A stretch of DNA of 63,967 bases, the filler included, from Reticulomyxa filosa (taxonomy: Eukaryota > Protista > Foraminifera): assembly GCA_000512085.1 (NCBI GenBank). It is 21 parts of 21 records of this genome, joined end to end, with 100 filler letters (N's around TTAATTAATTAA, not from the genome) between each part and the next. Parts side by side here need not be neighbours in the genome. Positions count along the whole stretch, not along the records: positions 1 to 2,889 come from ASPP01002493.1; positions 2,990 to 4,622 come from ASPP01028047.1; positions 4,723 to 7,714 come from ASPP01037990.1; positions 7,815 to 14,711 come from ASPP01012686.1; 17 more parts are not named here. One strand, given 5' to 3'. Numbering within the stretch: position 1 is the first letter of the stretch; each line of letters begins with the position of its first letter. Below the pieces are notes generated by a model. It was given only the letters and a program-made list of their open reading frames with translations, was not told the DNA's origin and did not search any database. The position numbers were made by a program, and so were the translations under genes. Of the stretch, positions 1 to 12,834 are shown piece by piece.

Positions 1-479
1 CATTTAGGTATGGCAGTTTTTTTTGCAATCTACTGTATTTGCATTTTTGACATTCAATTTGATCTTCTTTGTTTTTATAGTAATGTTACTATTAGATATT
101 GAGAATACAGTATGATATTCAAATGATAAGAACGTATTGTGCTGAACTTGACTGGATTCAACAATTTGAACATGTACAACACAGATTGGGACACTATTTT
201 TTGATGTAAGTAGTTTTACTATCGTGCATCTGTCTTTTATTTGATAACACAATATTCCAGATTTTAAGAAACAATTTAGAAAAGTAGATTTTGCTATTTT
301 GAATAGTACTATAAAACTTGCAACATGCAATTTATAATGAAACAGAAATTCTTTTCAATGAAAAAAGAACATGAAATTTTGTCTTTGCAAAGATGTTTTT
401 TTTAAAATCAATGAAAAAGACTTTAGTGAAAGATGTGATTTAACAAAACGAAACACAGTTATATCTGCTATTTTTTATT

Positions 480-1677
480 TCACGATCTCCACAGTTGAAT
501 TACCCCATTCATACAACACAATACAATCGTCTGACTAACAGATGAAACATCAACCCCAGTTATGTAATCAGTATATCCTTTAAGTATTTGAATTTCTTTT
601 CCACTTTTCACATCCCATACTCGAATAGTTTTGTCCCATGAACATGATACAACAGTTTGACCATCTGGTAAATATTTCACGTCGCTAATTGAACGAGAAT
701 GTCCTTTCAATATTTTAATTTCTTTTTCTGACGCTACATCCCATATTCGAACTGTCTTATCAGTAGAGCAAGAAACAACCTGACAACCATCTGGAGAAAA
801 CTGTGATTTAATCACTTGATCGGAATGTCCTTTCAATTGCTTCACTCTTTTGCCTGATTTTATTTCCCATATTTCAATTGTCATATTATCTAATGATGCC
901 ACTATAAATTCACCATCGGATGAAAATTGAACATCATTTAACTGCGAAAACCGATCATGCATTCTTTTAATCTCTCGTCCAGAATTCACATCACACAAGC
1001 AAATAGACCCATTCAATGAACCAACTACAAGCATATTCCCATGTGATGAAAATTGTGCGCTGTGGGGAAAACATGAACATATTTCAATTTTTTTAATTAC
1101 ATTTCCTGAATTTACATTCCAAAATCGAATTGTTTTATCACTTGAACATGATACAACTGTATTACCATCTGATAAAAATTGTATATCTTTCACCCAACTT
1201 GAATGTCCTTTCAATATGCGAGTTTTTATAAATTGCATATCCAATATCCCAATTGTGTTGTCTTTGAAAGATACGGCTATTTTAGTCGAGTCTCTTGAAA
1301 ATTTTACAAACATAACACTGATTGGACATGTATATGTTGTCCATTGTTTGCAGAATGTCGTCTATTGATTTTTTTAAAAAAATCATTTGTAGCATAACTT
1401 AAAACACAAATTACATTTATTTAGACACACAAAACATATCGCGTAATGATATCATTAAAATCATTAATCCATCCAAGTCGAATGGATGATGATCGAACCC
1501 AATACTCCAGGATCAAGACAGTATCTTCTTCGGCCTGTTACATTTTTTAAATAAAAATACTGGACATAATATTTTGATATTTTGGGATAAAATATATGCT
1601 GATGGATTGATGTAATTGATTACAATGGATGCACTTGCTTCTGCAGCACTATTTTCAACGTTCGTCCGATTAGACAT
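480..1677 (-). CDS. WD40-repeat protein with lineage-specific N-terminal motif (multi-exon)
   Basis: Multiple GH..WD repeats (LKGHSSWVKDIQF...DKTIRFWN; DKTIRVWD) in ORF 480-1313; upstream exon ILEYWVRSSSIRLGWINDFNDIITRY at ~1435-1515; likely start MSNRTN at 1677. Confidence 0.9.
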
Positions 1678-1972
1678 AATAAATGCAAAAGAGGACAAAT
1701 GATAAGTTAGGATTTTTTTCTGGGTAAATGCAGTCAAAAAACGTTCAACATTTTAAGTAGGTATGAAAAAGTATCAATTTTTTGAAATACCTGTTAAACT
1801 AAATTAGTTATAGTATTGAACAATCAATCTTAAATGATACGGATAACGTACCAGAGTTGCTACTTAAAACAATATAATCTCGGCAAAAATAATTGTAAAC
1901 TGTATACACAAACTTGATGCAAGTTTCGACGCTTATTGAAAACAACAGACTAAGCCAAAAGGGTAAATATAG

Positions 1973-2329
1973 TCATATTTCGTCATCACAAGTCAACAAC
2001 TTTTTCACTACTTGAATATGTTTCAAGTCTTGAGTAAACAGTTGTTTATCATCAGTTACAAAAGATGTTCCAGGAAACATCTTTACCAATCTTTCAATCA
2101 AATCTTTTGCCTTTGCATTACATATGAATACACCATAACGTTCGTAAATATATTGTATACGTTTGCAAAAAAGAGTTATTAACTTGGCTATAGCAAGACT
2201 ATTAAAGAATAAATAGTAAACAAACAGTATATGATTAAACTCACGCTTTGCCTTAGGGTCTTGGAAAGTGATATTATCCTTCACTAATTCCAAATCTCGA
2301 TGATCAGCAAGATAATGACCGATAAGCAT
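1973..2329 (-). CDS. hypothetical protein fragment
   Basis: Protein-like ORF, no recognised motif. Confidence 0.3.
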   Translation of the reverse strand: MLIGHYLADHRDLELVKDNITFQDPKAKREFNHILFVYYLFFNSLAIAKLITLFCKRIQYIYERYGVFICNAKAKDLIERLVKMFPGTSFVTDDKQLFTQDLKHIQVVKKLLTCDDEI

Positions 2330-2989
2330 TTTTTGAATGTTATAACTACGTTCTCATAAAGGACGTTGTTTACAAGTCAAATCTACAAATGTTGAATATT
2401 CTGCCTCAAAGCTATTATAAAAAGTAGATCAATTGCATGGATTCACATAGTTTTGCACAAGTTTGTACTTGCATCATTTGTTGCTTCAGTTCATTATTTG
2501 TAAATTTTTTCGATATTATTTAATAAAACTCTTTCTTCGCGAAAGCCCAGCACTACACCTTTTTTTTGAATAAATAAAATATTTGTTCATCAACGACATA
2601 TCAAATTATTTTACAAGTATTTAGTAATTTATATATGCGTATATATTTGTATATTTGTTACTAGTGTATTCCAACTTTAGAGATATGGTACCTAATTAGG
2701 CATTATTAAATTGTAGAATGTCCCTTAATCAATTATAGCACGATTTCATCAATTATTAATCTTTAGAAAATTCGATGATGATTATGGGTGATCCCTTAGA
2801 AGTTACAGTATGCTCCATAAGGAAATGGAATTATGGTCATTACATACAGCTTCTCGAAATGTGTATAATCAGTAGATTGCAAAAAAAACNNNNNNNNNNN
2901 NNNNNNNNNNNNNNNNNNNNNNNNNNNNNNNNNTTAATTAATTAANNNNNNNNNNNNNNNNNNNNNNNNNNNNNNNNNNNNNNNNNNNN

Positions 2990-4520
2990 GAATGTACATT
3001 ACCAAGTAATTGTGCGAAAAGGCTAAGTGCTATCATGCTTCTCCATATTCCAACGATTGTGTCACCAAAGGGTCATCGCTCCAACAAGACCTGATCAAGT
3101 GGCATGCATCCCTTACTGCGGCTCCTACCTGGATGCAGTGTCAACGCTTCATCGTCACTGTCTTTAACAAGTTTGTTTAAAAGTTTGTTCACATATACCT
3201 TTTTTTAAAAAAAAAAAAAGTAATATATATATACATTTGTATATGCACTTTTAAATGCTTGGATGGGGGAGGAAAGACAGAAGCAACAATCAAAGACTGG
3301 AAGAGTGATTGTAAGTGAATTGCGCATATCTAGAGAGAAGTTGCAAATGGCGCTGGACAATTCCGAGAAAGTTCCATGTTACCAACTGGATAGCACGCGT
3401 ATGTTTTGGAACTGCGTACATCCGAATACATTCGCAACACTTTTGCAAAAAATACAATGGCATCACATCTGCAGATAATGCATAGCAAGTAATCGCCAAA
3501 ACTGCCAATTTGAATATGTTCTTGTTACTAATCTTCACCAATAAGCTTGCTGAACGGTTAAACAAACTCAAAGTTCTTAGTTGACGCTATCACCGATTGT
3601 TCATTTTACGTTAGCGCTGAACACCAGTAATTCCATCTAACTGTTTAATGTTGTCATTACTTCTTCGGATTTTCCAAATGGCCTTTAGTAGCGCTTTGCA
3701 GTGTTATTTAACGTGAAGCACTGGTGCTGTTGGAGCATCTGTTCACAAAAGACTCATATACAAAAATAATTATTGCATATAAATTTGACTTTCTTTGATA
3801 ATATATTTTTAAAAACTTTTTCAAAGCAACTGAGTAATGCATGTAATAACATATACGTATTGAATAACGCAGAAATCAAATGCTGTCCAAGATTGAAATA
3901 TTCATGGAAGACGGCGATGCTGGATGGAGTAGTATGTCTTGAAAAAGACAATAATCTTTCATTCATGTCTTGTAATAAGCACTGTTGGTATTTGTTGCTG
4001 TCATTATCATCAATTCCAGCACGTAGCTGTAGCTGTAGCTGTTGCTGATGTTCCTACTATCGCTATTTTCACCAACGTAAGGCTCGTGCTCGTATTGTAA
4101 TTCCAAAACTTTATCCATTGATGCGTCGCGTTCGGATTGCCGCTCCAATTCGTGTCTCACAGATGTACTATCACCTTCATCGAATTGATCACGTTGTCGT
4201 TTAGTAGGTCTATTTATTCTTATTATTTGTGTCACTCCACTTGAGCCACAATATCTTCTTTCAGATTAACTTTGCCATTGATCGGTAGTCCACACTTACG
4301 CGTCATTGCTCACCGTGCAGCACAGTCCTGTGTTCAGCTCTTTCACATGTCCATTTTCACAGCCGCAAGAGACCAACACGTCTCCGTATATCGTCAAGAG
4401 CAACAAATCTTTTCACCAACATTACTCGTTCACACATGTCGTCCCGTTGCAACACACTACTCCAAATATCGTCGTCTTGTCTTGGCACTCGATCATGTAA
4501 AGCGTCCCTTTCCAAATAAA
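2990..4520 (-). pseudogene. multi-exon hypothetical gene, apparently disrupted
   Basis: Several coding-like segments (QQQLQLQLRAGIDDND..., LLSFSRHTTPSS..., VKISNKNIFKLAVL...) interrupted by stops, frameshifts and a homopolymer intron near 3200-3290. Confidence 0.35.
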
Positions 4521-4929
4521 AATTATATATATGATACTTGCTAATGATGAAGGAAACAAACGAAATGACCATTATAGGTGGAAAAAATTTTAAAAAATTG
4601 TTTCCACCTTTTATTCTTTTTTNNNNNNNNNNNNNNNNNNNNNNNNNNNNNNNNNNNNNNNNNNNNTTAATTAATTAANNNNNNNNNNNNNNNNNNNNNN
4701 NNNNNNNNNNNNNNNNNNNNNNTATGTTAATAAAAGATCATATCAATTAATTGCTTTGAAATTATTTTGTTACAATATTACTTTGGAAGTTGACGGAAGT
4801 GGCAGTATTATTGATTTCTTGTATACATTTAATAATTGTTCAAAACCTTAGACAGAATTTATGCAATTGTTGGGGTCTCTTCATTCGTTTTCTTATTTCT
4901 ATATACTTTTTAGCCCATTTTTGCTTTAA

Positions 4930-6513
4930 CTCAAAAAAATGGGAACACGTACACACAAAAAAAGCATTGGTAGGAAATGAAGACATTGACTACATTGGAA
5001 TGGAATATCTGAATGATGCAAAATCGAAATGGAATGTGTATGGAAACTTTGAATGGAAAGATTTCGGACCGGGCTTGAAAGAGTTGATCCATCCAAAGGA
5101 TGAAAGGAAAACGGACGATGCTCCCCTTGTTATGGATCAAGAAACGAATCAATCACAATCTAATTCCAATTCAAATGAAAAGAAAGATGCAAAAGAAAAA
5201 GAAAAAGAACATTTGACTGAAAATTTAAATGAGACCCAATATGTGGAGAATATGAAACAGGTGATTGAAATGTATGAAAATAAATATCGCCAAATCTCAA
5301 TCGATTTGATCCCCCAATTTGATGTATGTGAACGAGTCTTTCGTCGACATCTTGGTGCGCTCTCAAGTGTCTCGCTACGTTGAATTTCGTGTCGTCGTTC
5401 ATAATTTTGTTTTTTTTTTTTTGATGGTGAAAAGCCTTCCAAAGTTTATAATACTTTTCTTTGTATTGAACTTTTTTTTTTTTTTTTGAAATCCCCCCTT
5501 TTTTTGTTTTGTTTCCGCCCCTCCTCCAATGACCAAAGGTTTCATTGTTCAAAGGAGAAGTATTCGCCAGCAAAGACCTGGACATGCGTGAAAAGAGGCA
5601 GTTGCAACGGTGTTTTGGCAAACGGCCATTGACTTGCATTAGCGAAGCGTGCAACGACAACCTTTCATCGACGTTATGAATCAGCAGCAATTGTCGATCA
5701 AAGTCCAAGATTTCATTAAATATGCTTTAGCTTTTTTAGATAATCCATCAGGCATTTTAAATAATTCAATACACAATACAATATATATATATATATATTA
5801 TATTGTATTGTCTATTTTTATTGAATAAGGAATAATGATAAAAAAGATTGTCCGAAATGCTGAAACGCTCGCAACTGTACTTTCAATAGATGGGCCGCTT
5901 TTGCGAGAGTGCGTTTTTTTGTTTCCACTCTACGGATGTGGGGATCTGGCGCAAGGCTTTTTTGCCGTGCAAGTGAAAAGGGGGGGACGTATTTATATTG
6001 AACTGGACTATCCAAGTGCATGATAGTGAAGAAGCCCAGTATTGCCATTTGCATACGAAAACAGAGCAAGAAGTTGGATGGGCAATAAAGAAAGCAAGCA
6101 AGAGCGAATACTTCCAAAAAAAAAAAAGGATGTGCAAGTGATTCCATCACTTATCTGATCATCAATCCAAAAGTTGCTGGAATGAACACATTGAGAATTT
6201 CCAGCAAACGACAATTAACCAAGGCCAAAACGTGTCTCTCATTACAATGGCGATAAGATCGGATGAATTTGGTATTTTTAGAAATATCAATCTACTTGAA
6301 CAGTTGGAAAAAAATAATCATCGACGAGCAGGATCTTGGCGCTGTCGGACTACGAAGACAAGTTCATCAAAAAAAAAAAAAAACCATGTGATAATATCAC
6401 TCAAAAAACGGAAACGATATCAATATTGCGGCCATTGCAACAGTATTGACTGGATTAGTAGAAAAAAAAAGGAAGACAAACAAGAAGAGGATCGCAGACG
6501 TTATATGAAATAA
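4930..6513 (+). pseudogene. REP1: Rab escort protein (REP/CHM, Rab GDI superfamily), frameshifted
   Basis: RQISIDLIPQ/frameshift/LMYVNESFVDILVRSQVSRYVEFR; KGEVFASKDLDMREKRQLQR; FLFPLYGCGDLAQGF match conserved REP/GDI segments (RFNIDL..LLYS..L.DLL.KS.VSRY.EF; SRADVF.SK.L...EKR.L; FL.PLYG.GEL.Q.F). Confidence 0.85.
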
Positions 6514-7814
6514 ATAAGCACACCATAATGATCGAATGAGCCACTATCACATGAAACTATCCTTCTGATATCGTTGCTCAAATTTGGTGGAAACTCAAGC
6601 CAACATCACCCATCAAACAAGAAGATATGAGAATGAGGAGGATGAATAGAAAGAAGTTTCGAGGATATCGTGTTGGATTTGTTTTTAAAAATAAAAAAAG
6701 GCATGTCAAATTTACTTCAGTTGTTGAATGCTATTCACTCCAAGATTTGATTTGGTGTGCAAGGAAAAGCTAATGTTGTTGCGCATTTGTTGTAAAAAAA
6801 AAAACAACAACATCGTGCCAGTCGATAATTCGACGATTCAAAAGTCGCTCAATTTCTTGACAAATCAAGACAAAATCATGGATATTGGCAATGTGTTGGC
6901 CCTGCTAAGTGGATATACGAACAACATTTTGTCCCCTCCCCAAAGACGTCGTCGATATGGCTATGAAATTGTTACCAAAAATCGAGTCAGTGTAATGTGG
7001 CTCATGATTGATTGAAAGTAAATTGAACAATTGAAAGTGGTGAGCTGATGATTATGATAATTATGTGAGCAACCTATATTCCAAGTTATAATGTGTGATT
7101 AAAATATATATGATCAATACACATGTATATAACATAGGTCTTCAAAGCATACAATACTTGTCTTATCGAGAAATTGGAAAATGGCTGTGGCGGTTGAGGT
7201 ATCAGTAAACAAGGGTGAATCGAAGTGCAAACAACGCCAAATTTGTGGCCATATTTCATCGCAAGCATTTAACATTTGCCTCAATTTTTTTTATTGAAAA
7301 AATTTGCTTTTTGATTTTTCTTTTAATAATAAGTTTAATATCCTCCAGATCACCTGACTTTTTATCAAATTATACTCATCGTAAAAAATTTTTGAATGTT
7401 AATATTTTAAATCTAAAAGAAACCTGCAATTAATTCCACAAAAATCAAATCGAATTTATTTGCACATTTTCTATTGTCTAAACTTTGTTGAAGAAAAAAA
7501 ACGAATAATAAGTGCTCAAAAGAGCCACGCGTAAGACTGCACGAGATAGGAATTGATTCTTACGCAAAAAAGGCTTCTTGCCGTCATGTAGGAGTAGATG
7601 ACAAGAAGAAGAACGTATAACAAAAGAAACAAGAAGATGACAAAAAAAAGAATGGAGGAAGGAGGAGAGTCTGAATCCAATTAAGCCAATGAGAACAAAA
7701 ATGCAGTAATATTGNNNNNNNNNNNNNNNNNNNNNNNNNNNNNNNNNNNNNNNNNNNNTTAATTAATTAANNNNNNNNNNNNNNNNNNNNNNNNNNNNNN
7801 NNNNNNNNNNNNNN

Positions 7815-9640
7815 TTATTATTATTATTATTATTTTATTAAAAGAAAACTTGTTTGGCAATGTCGTTGACTTCTTCGTCCAATCCTTTTTCCTTTTCTTC
7901 CAATTGTCTTTCTTTCTCTTCCAGTTTTTTAATTTTCTCTTCATGGCCGACTTTCATTCGTGCCAACGTGCTGTCTTTTTCTTGCATCAGCTTTTTTGCT
8001 TCTTCCAACTCTCGTTTTAATTGCCCTGCCTCTCTTCCAGAGCCCACTGTTCCACATACATTTTGCACATTGCTTCATCGTCATGGTAGAATTATTTATT
8101 TATTTAAAAATTCACTGAAATGATTTAACTGGCAGAATATGCACTATCAAATACTTCCAAAGAGGAATGCAACCCCGTCATGGCCTCGCTCAAAACTTGA
8201 ATCCTTTTTTTTATCTCTTGATGGCACTTCTCCATTTGTTGCGTGACGAATATACACTCCTCCGACTTTGCGACACTCCATCTCTCGTCTTTTATGTTTC
8301 ATTTCGTATGTGAATATGTGCGCATGTGCGCATGTAGTATATGCATATAATACAAAATCGGCAATCGCGTATGCGTGCAAAGCCACTCAACACAACACAA
8401 AGAACTTGTTGCATGGCTGTTATTTTTCGCATTAGTATTCGATGAATGGTCACTTGTGCCAACAGTGTCTATTCGAGCACAAGTGTCAATCAATGACGTT
8501 ATTATTATTATTGCCAATTGTTATTATTGTTATTATTTTGATGATTCATATATTTGTTTATTTCAATACTTTTTCGAAAAAAAGTGGTTTTCGGAGAAGT
8601 CGCATTAGAAGCTCTTGTGGTCGAAGGGCTCTTGTTTCTTCCTCGCACCTCTTCATCGCCAATCGGCATTGGTTCCACGTTCAGTTTTGTCCCCTTTTCA
8701 TCTTTTTTTTTTTTTTTTTAAGAGAGGAAATAGTCATATAGCAAAGTCATCAATTTTGTATCTTTTTTTTTTTTTTTTTGTGGGAAAGAAAAGAAATATA
8801 TCCAACAGATACCATTATCATAAAGTACCACTCCTTTCATGTCATCGACTAAAGTGCTCAATTTCGACACACTTTTTTTTTTTTTTTTTTTTTTGTAACA
8901 AATCTCTCCCTTCGCAAAAAAAACAGTGTTCTTTTTTTTGAAAAAAAGAACAAAAAGAGAAAATTGGACCTGTGATCCAGTTTCTGCAATTCCAAATAAC
9001 ACTTCCCCAAACCTGACCCGACAGCCAATCCAATTTGAAATTGGACGACGGGCTTTTGGTAGTCTTTGCTGTTGTCATCATCAGCGCCATTAACGGACGT
9101 ATGCTCTTCCGTTTTTTTTGTTGGCTGTTGCGACGCTGCTGCCGGTGGCTGTCATCTTTCGCACACTACCATTGCTATTGCCGCGTGTTGTCGTCTGTGG
9201 ATCGGGTGTGATGGTGTTGTCACTATCCAGACTGGAACCTGTATCCCTCTCTCGGACTGTCGAATTTCCACGAGTACCCTTTTTTTTTCATAAAAAAAAA
9301 TTTTCGAACATTCGCTTCGTTGAAATATTTTTTAAAAAACAGAAATTCGGTTTCGCAATAGTTGAAAAGTACACCTCCAAGTTTCTGAAAATTCGATCAA
9401 TTGATGGCTTGGCAACTGTTGCGTTTGTTCCTCCAATGTCGTGGCTCAAAGCTTTCGAATGCTTTCGATTTCTCATGCTACTCTGCCGTGTACGCTCGTC
9501 ACTGTTCCGTCTGAATTAACTAGGATTGTATTTAATCCTAATGTTGGATTACTTGTGAGGAAAGTGTTGGTATTATTGTTAGACGGTATATTTCCACTAT
9601 TACCGCTTAATGCTTTTGATGACATCATATCAAAACTTAT
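7815..9640 (-). CDS. multi-exon hypothetical protein with coiled-coil C-terminal part (truncated by contig end)
   Basis: Coiled-coil exon 7850-8070 (LKRELEEAKKLMQEK...), low-complexity exons and A-run-AG acceptors at ~8702, ~8762, ~9279. Confidence 0.45.
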
Positions 9641-10209
9641 AATATTTGCAAAGTTCGTCCTTTTTTTGTGAACAACAACTTGAACATTACTTTTTTTGTA
9701 TTTGGATAGAATAACCAACAATGCTGTGTTAATTGCTCTGTTTCGACTTGCTTTGTTACGGTACGACAAAAGATTTGAATGATAGTGCTTTTTGGAAAAA
9801 TATTACGTGCAATGAAAAATCAAATCATAAAAATTTATCAACATGAATTAGATCAAGTTGATCAATGACACCCTTCAAACAATATTTTGTATTGAGTGTT
9901 GGTAGGTTGGCTATTATCACAAAATGTCCATATTTGACGCACATAAATTATTGTAAACACTGCAGTCTAATTGATCGTTATAAAATAATATGAGCAAATC
10001 AGCGTCCAAAAAGCCTTTAACAACAATAGCACTGTCCTTTGAATGATTTCATATTCCAAATCGTCGTACACAGAACTAAGAGCTGCATGTCCGAAACAAC
10101 TCGAAGAGTTTGTGCACGTCTTAACAAAGAATAATAACACAAAAAACTCTTTTAATTTACGGTTTCCATTACTTACCATCCTGGAATTTGACATTCTTTG
10201 GAGATTGAA

Positions 10210-12834
10210 ATGGGTCTTTTTGATGGAGGTGACGGTCTTGATTTGGGTGTGGTGTCGTCACCATTAAATCTAGTGTTGTTGGTGGCTTCTGGATGTGTGT
10301 TGGGAGCGGCTGTGTTTACATGTTTCTTATTTACGCAGCATATGCCTTTGCTTTGCACGCTATGTTACATTGTGTATGAATTGTTGAGCGGGTATCGTGT
10401 GTTTGGATCGACATTGTCAGCGCTGTCAATGTATCTGCTATTGTTCATCGCAACAAAGTATATTTTCGTCCTCATGGTTAATAGAGCTAAAATAAAAAGT
10501 GTCTTTTTTTAAAAAAAAAGTGTCGCAATAAATGAGCGAAAATGTGTAGTAAGCATATGAAAAAAAAAATTTACGTAGGAGATCCAGTGTCATTGTGGAG
10601 TGCACTTTGGATGCGCGACGACGAATGGGGCGACCAAAAAAAGAGCAGCAAACGAGGTGTGGAAGAAGCAAAGAGGAGTCAAATGATGGAATTTCAACAT
10701 TTGTATTGCGTATTGCTATATGTGTCACATTTGCCGACCAAAGAAGAATTGGCAAAAGTGATCGCGCGGATCATGCCGCATTATCCACAGCTAAGAAATA
10801 TTCCCTTAATTGCTCAATCGATGATTCGCTCTTCATTTGTTTCAGGTAATTTTTTTTTCCCCCCCCCCCTTTTTTAATTTGTAAAAAAAAAAAAAAATGT
10901 GGACCATACGACAAATCCATGTTTTGATAAAAATGGACGGACATTAAAGAAAGTTAGTGAAATGAAAGTGGAAGAACACATCTACGAGTGTCGTGTGGAT
11001 AAGAAAATATTAGAAGGGAATTTGGACGAGTTGTGTCTAAAACAAAAGATGGACCCTCGCAAGCCCTGGTGGGACGTGTACTTGCTAACGCCGAACGTGC
11101 CTAATGACGAGGAAGCGTTGAACCCTCTTCAAGCCACTCTGTGCGTGGTAGTATTTCGCTTTCATCAGGCCATTATCGACCTGCCCACGGTCGAGCAATG
11201 GGTCAACGATTTGAGCAATTGCTTTCGTCGTCTCTATCATCACTCTGTGGATGACTTTGGACTCAATGGCAATAATGACAATGATATTGATGACATTTAT
11301 AATAACATTAATGACGACGAAGAAGAAGACGAAAAAATGACCGAATTGATCAATGAAAAGCAAACCCCAAATCCACAACCACAATTCCAACCCAGCAAAA
11401 ACAAATCCAAAAACATTGCCTTGTCAAAACACAAAAGCAAAAGCAAAAGCAAAAGCATTCGGCGATTGATTGACGAAAACACAGAAGATCGAATTGAAGA
11501 AGAGATTGCTGCTATGAATCGAGATTCTACTGCTAGCTTTATGTCACAATCTTTGTTTCGTATTGGATAAATAGTAGGAGGAGTCCCCCTTTTTTTCCTC
11601 ATCTTTTAATTTTTTTAAAAAAATAATAATAATAAATAAAAACATAGAAATAATCGCGTGAAATGGCTCTATGTGCATCTGCGAAATCTCTACATTTGGG
11701 TGCAAGATGGACTGACGATAGCCAAAATATGGCTTAATGCCGACGGCAATGTGTTTTCAAATGACAGCGCAAACAAAGGCAATGACAATGGCAATGACAA
11801 TGGCAATGATCAAGCCAATGCGCTGATCATTGTAAACCAGAGCTTTGAAGACACGCCATTTCATGCCATTGCCAAACAAAGCCGTGCCAAGTTTACGCAT
11901 ATCGCACGGAGTTGTGTGGCCGGTGCCATCGTTCGCTATTGCAATGACGAGAGTAGCCAAGGCCGACCATTGGATTCTCAAATCAAACGCGATAGCAAAG
12001 ATAATAATAATGACGATGGCAACGATGAGGCTACTCTCTCGTCGCGTCTTGGACGCTTGAGCAAAGCTCGCATATTGGAAGATTTCGACTTGTCACAAAA
12101 TGAAACCTTGCCCAAATCACCCAATCTTTTCACTTCCTTGTTTTCTAGATTTTTTAATCACTCGTTCCATACCTTTGTAGGAGTCTGGAAGGGCACTCAT
12201 TGGGTCGAAATGCTACCGTCCCCTTTATTCCAAGAAAAAATTGGTCTGACCAGCATCCCTTTGGCCATTGGCGAACAGTTTGCTCATGCTAGACAGAGAT
12301 TGATGCATGTTGCAAAACCTACTGACGTGTTTCGTTGTTGTTGTTGTTGTTGTTTTTTTTTTTGTTTTAATGATTTTTATTTGTCTTTGTTTGTTTGAGG
12401 ATAGATATGAAGAGTATCGCTGGTGTTGGTGGATAAACAAGTTCCTGGAACTATGCGCAAACGTCTTCCCTGATCGCATGTGCAAGTCGATCATTGCTCG
12501 GTTCTTCCGACATCACACCATCGAACTTTGCTATTTTTCTTGTCCAACGTATTTGGTCATTGGAAACGAACCTGCTGAAGACATGCGAGTTAAATTTTGT
12601 TCTTGTCTTTTTGCTTACTATTTTGCCGTTTACATTTGTTTCGTGGGTGTTCGTGAAAAAAAGGTACTCAAGACCAATTTAAATATCCCTTGTTTATGCA
12701 TTAGCACTTACAATGATCGTATTTGCTTGGATCTAACTTATTATGGAAATTGTATGACAAAGCCAGAGAGGTTTATGCAGGGCTTTTTGGCCGAAATGGA
12801 GGATTTAGAAGCCATGTTTGCTCATTCCTCTTAA
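10210..12834 (+). CDS. Wax ester synthase/diacylglycerol acyltransferase (WS/DGAT)-like protein with N-terminal transmembrane segments, multi-exon
   Basis: IMPHYPQLR; KMDPRKPWWDVYLL; VVVFRFHQAIID (HHxxxDG position); C-terminal LCISTYNDRICLDL...PERFMQGFLAEMEDL resembling WS_DGAT_C. Confidence 0.7.

Noticed and set aside
2890-2989. Regularly recurring TTAATTAATTAA flanked by Ns, resembling a repeat array
   Set aside because: Artificial contig linker; ORFs ending in 'LIN' are artefacts
4230-4520. Several in-frame TGA codons suggesting stop-codon reassignment
   Set aside because: Intact genes use TGG for Trp and end in TGA, TAA or TAG; the broken loci also contain frameshifts, consistent with pseudogenes
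10847-10953. Apparent non-AG intron end after the A-run at 10898
   Set aside because: A downstream in-frame AG (~10953) gives a canonical intron
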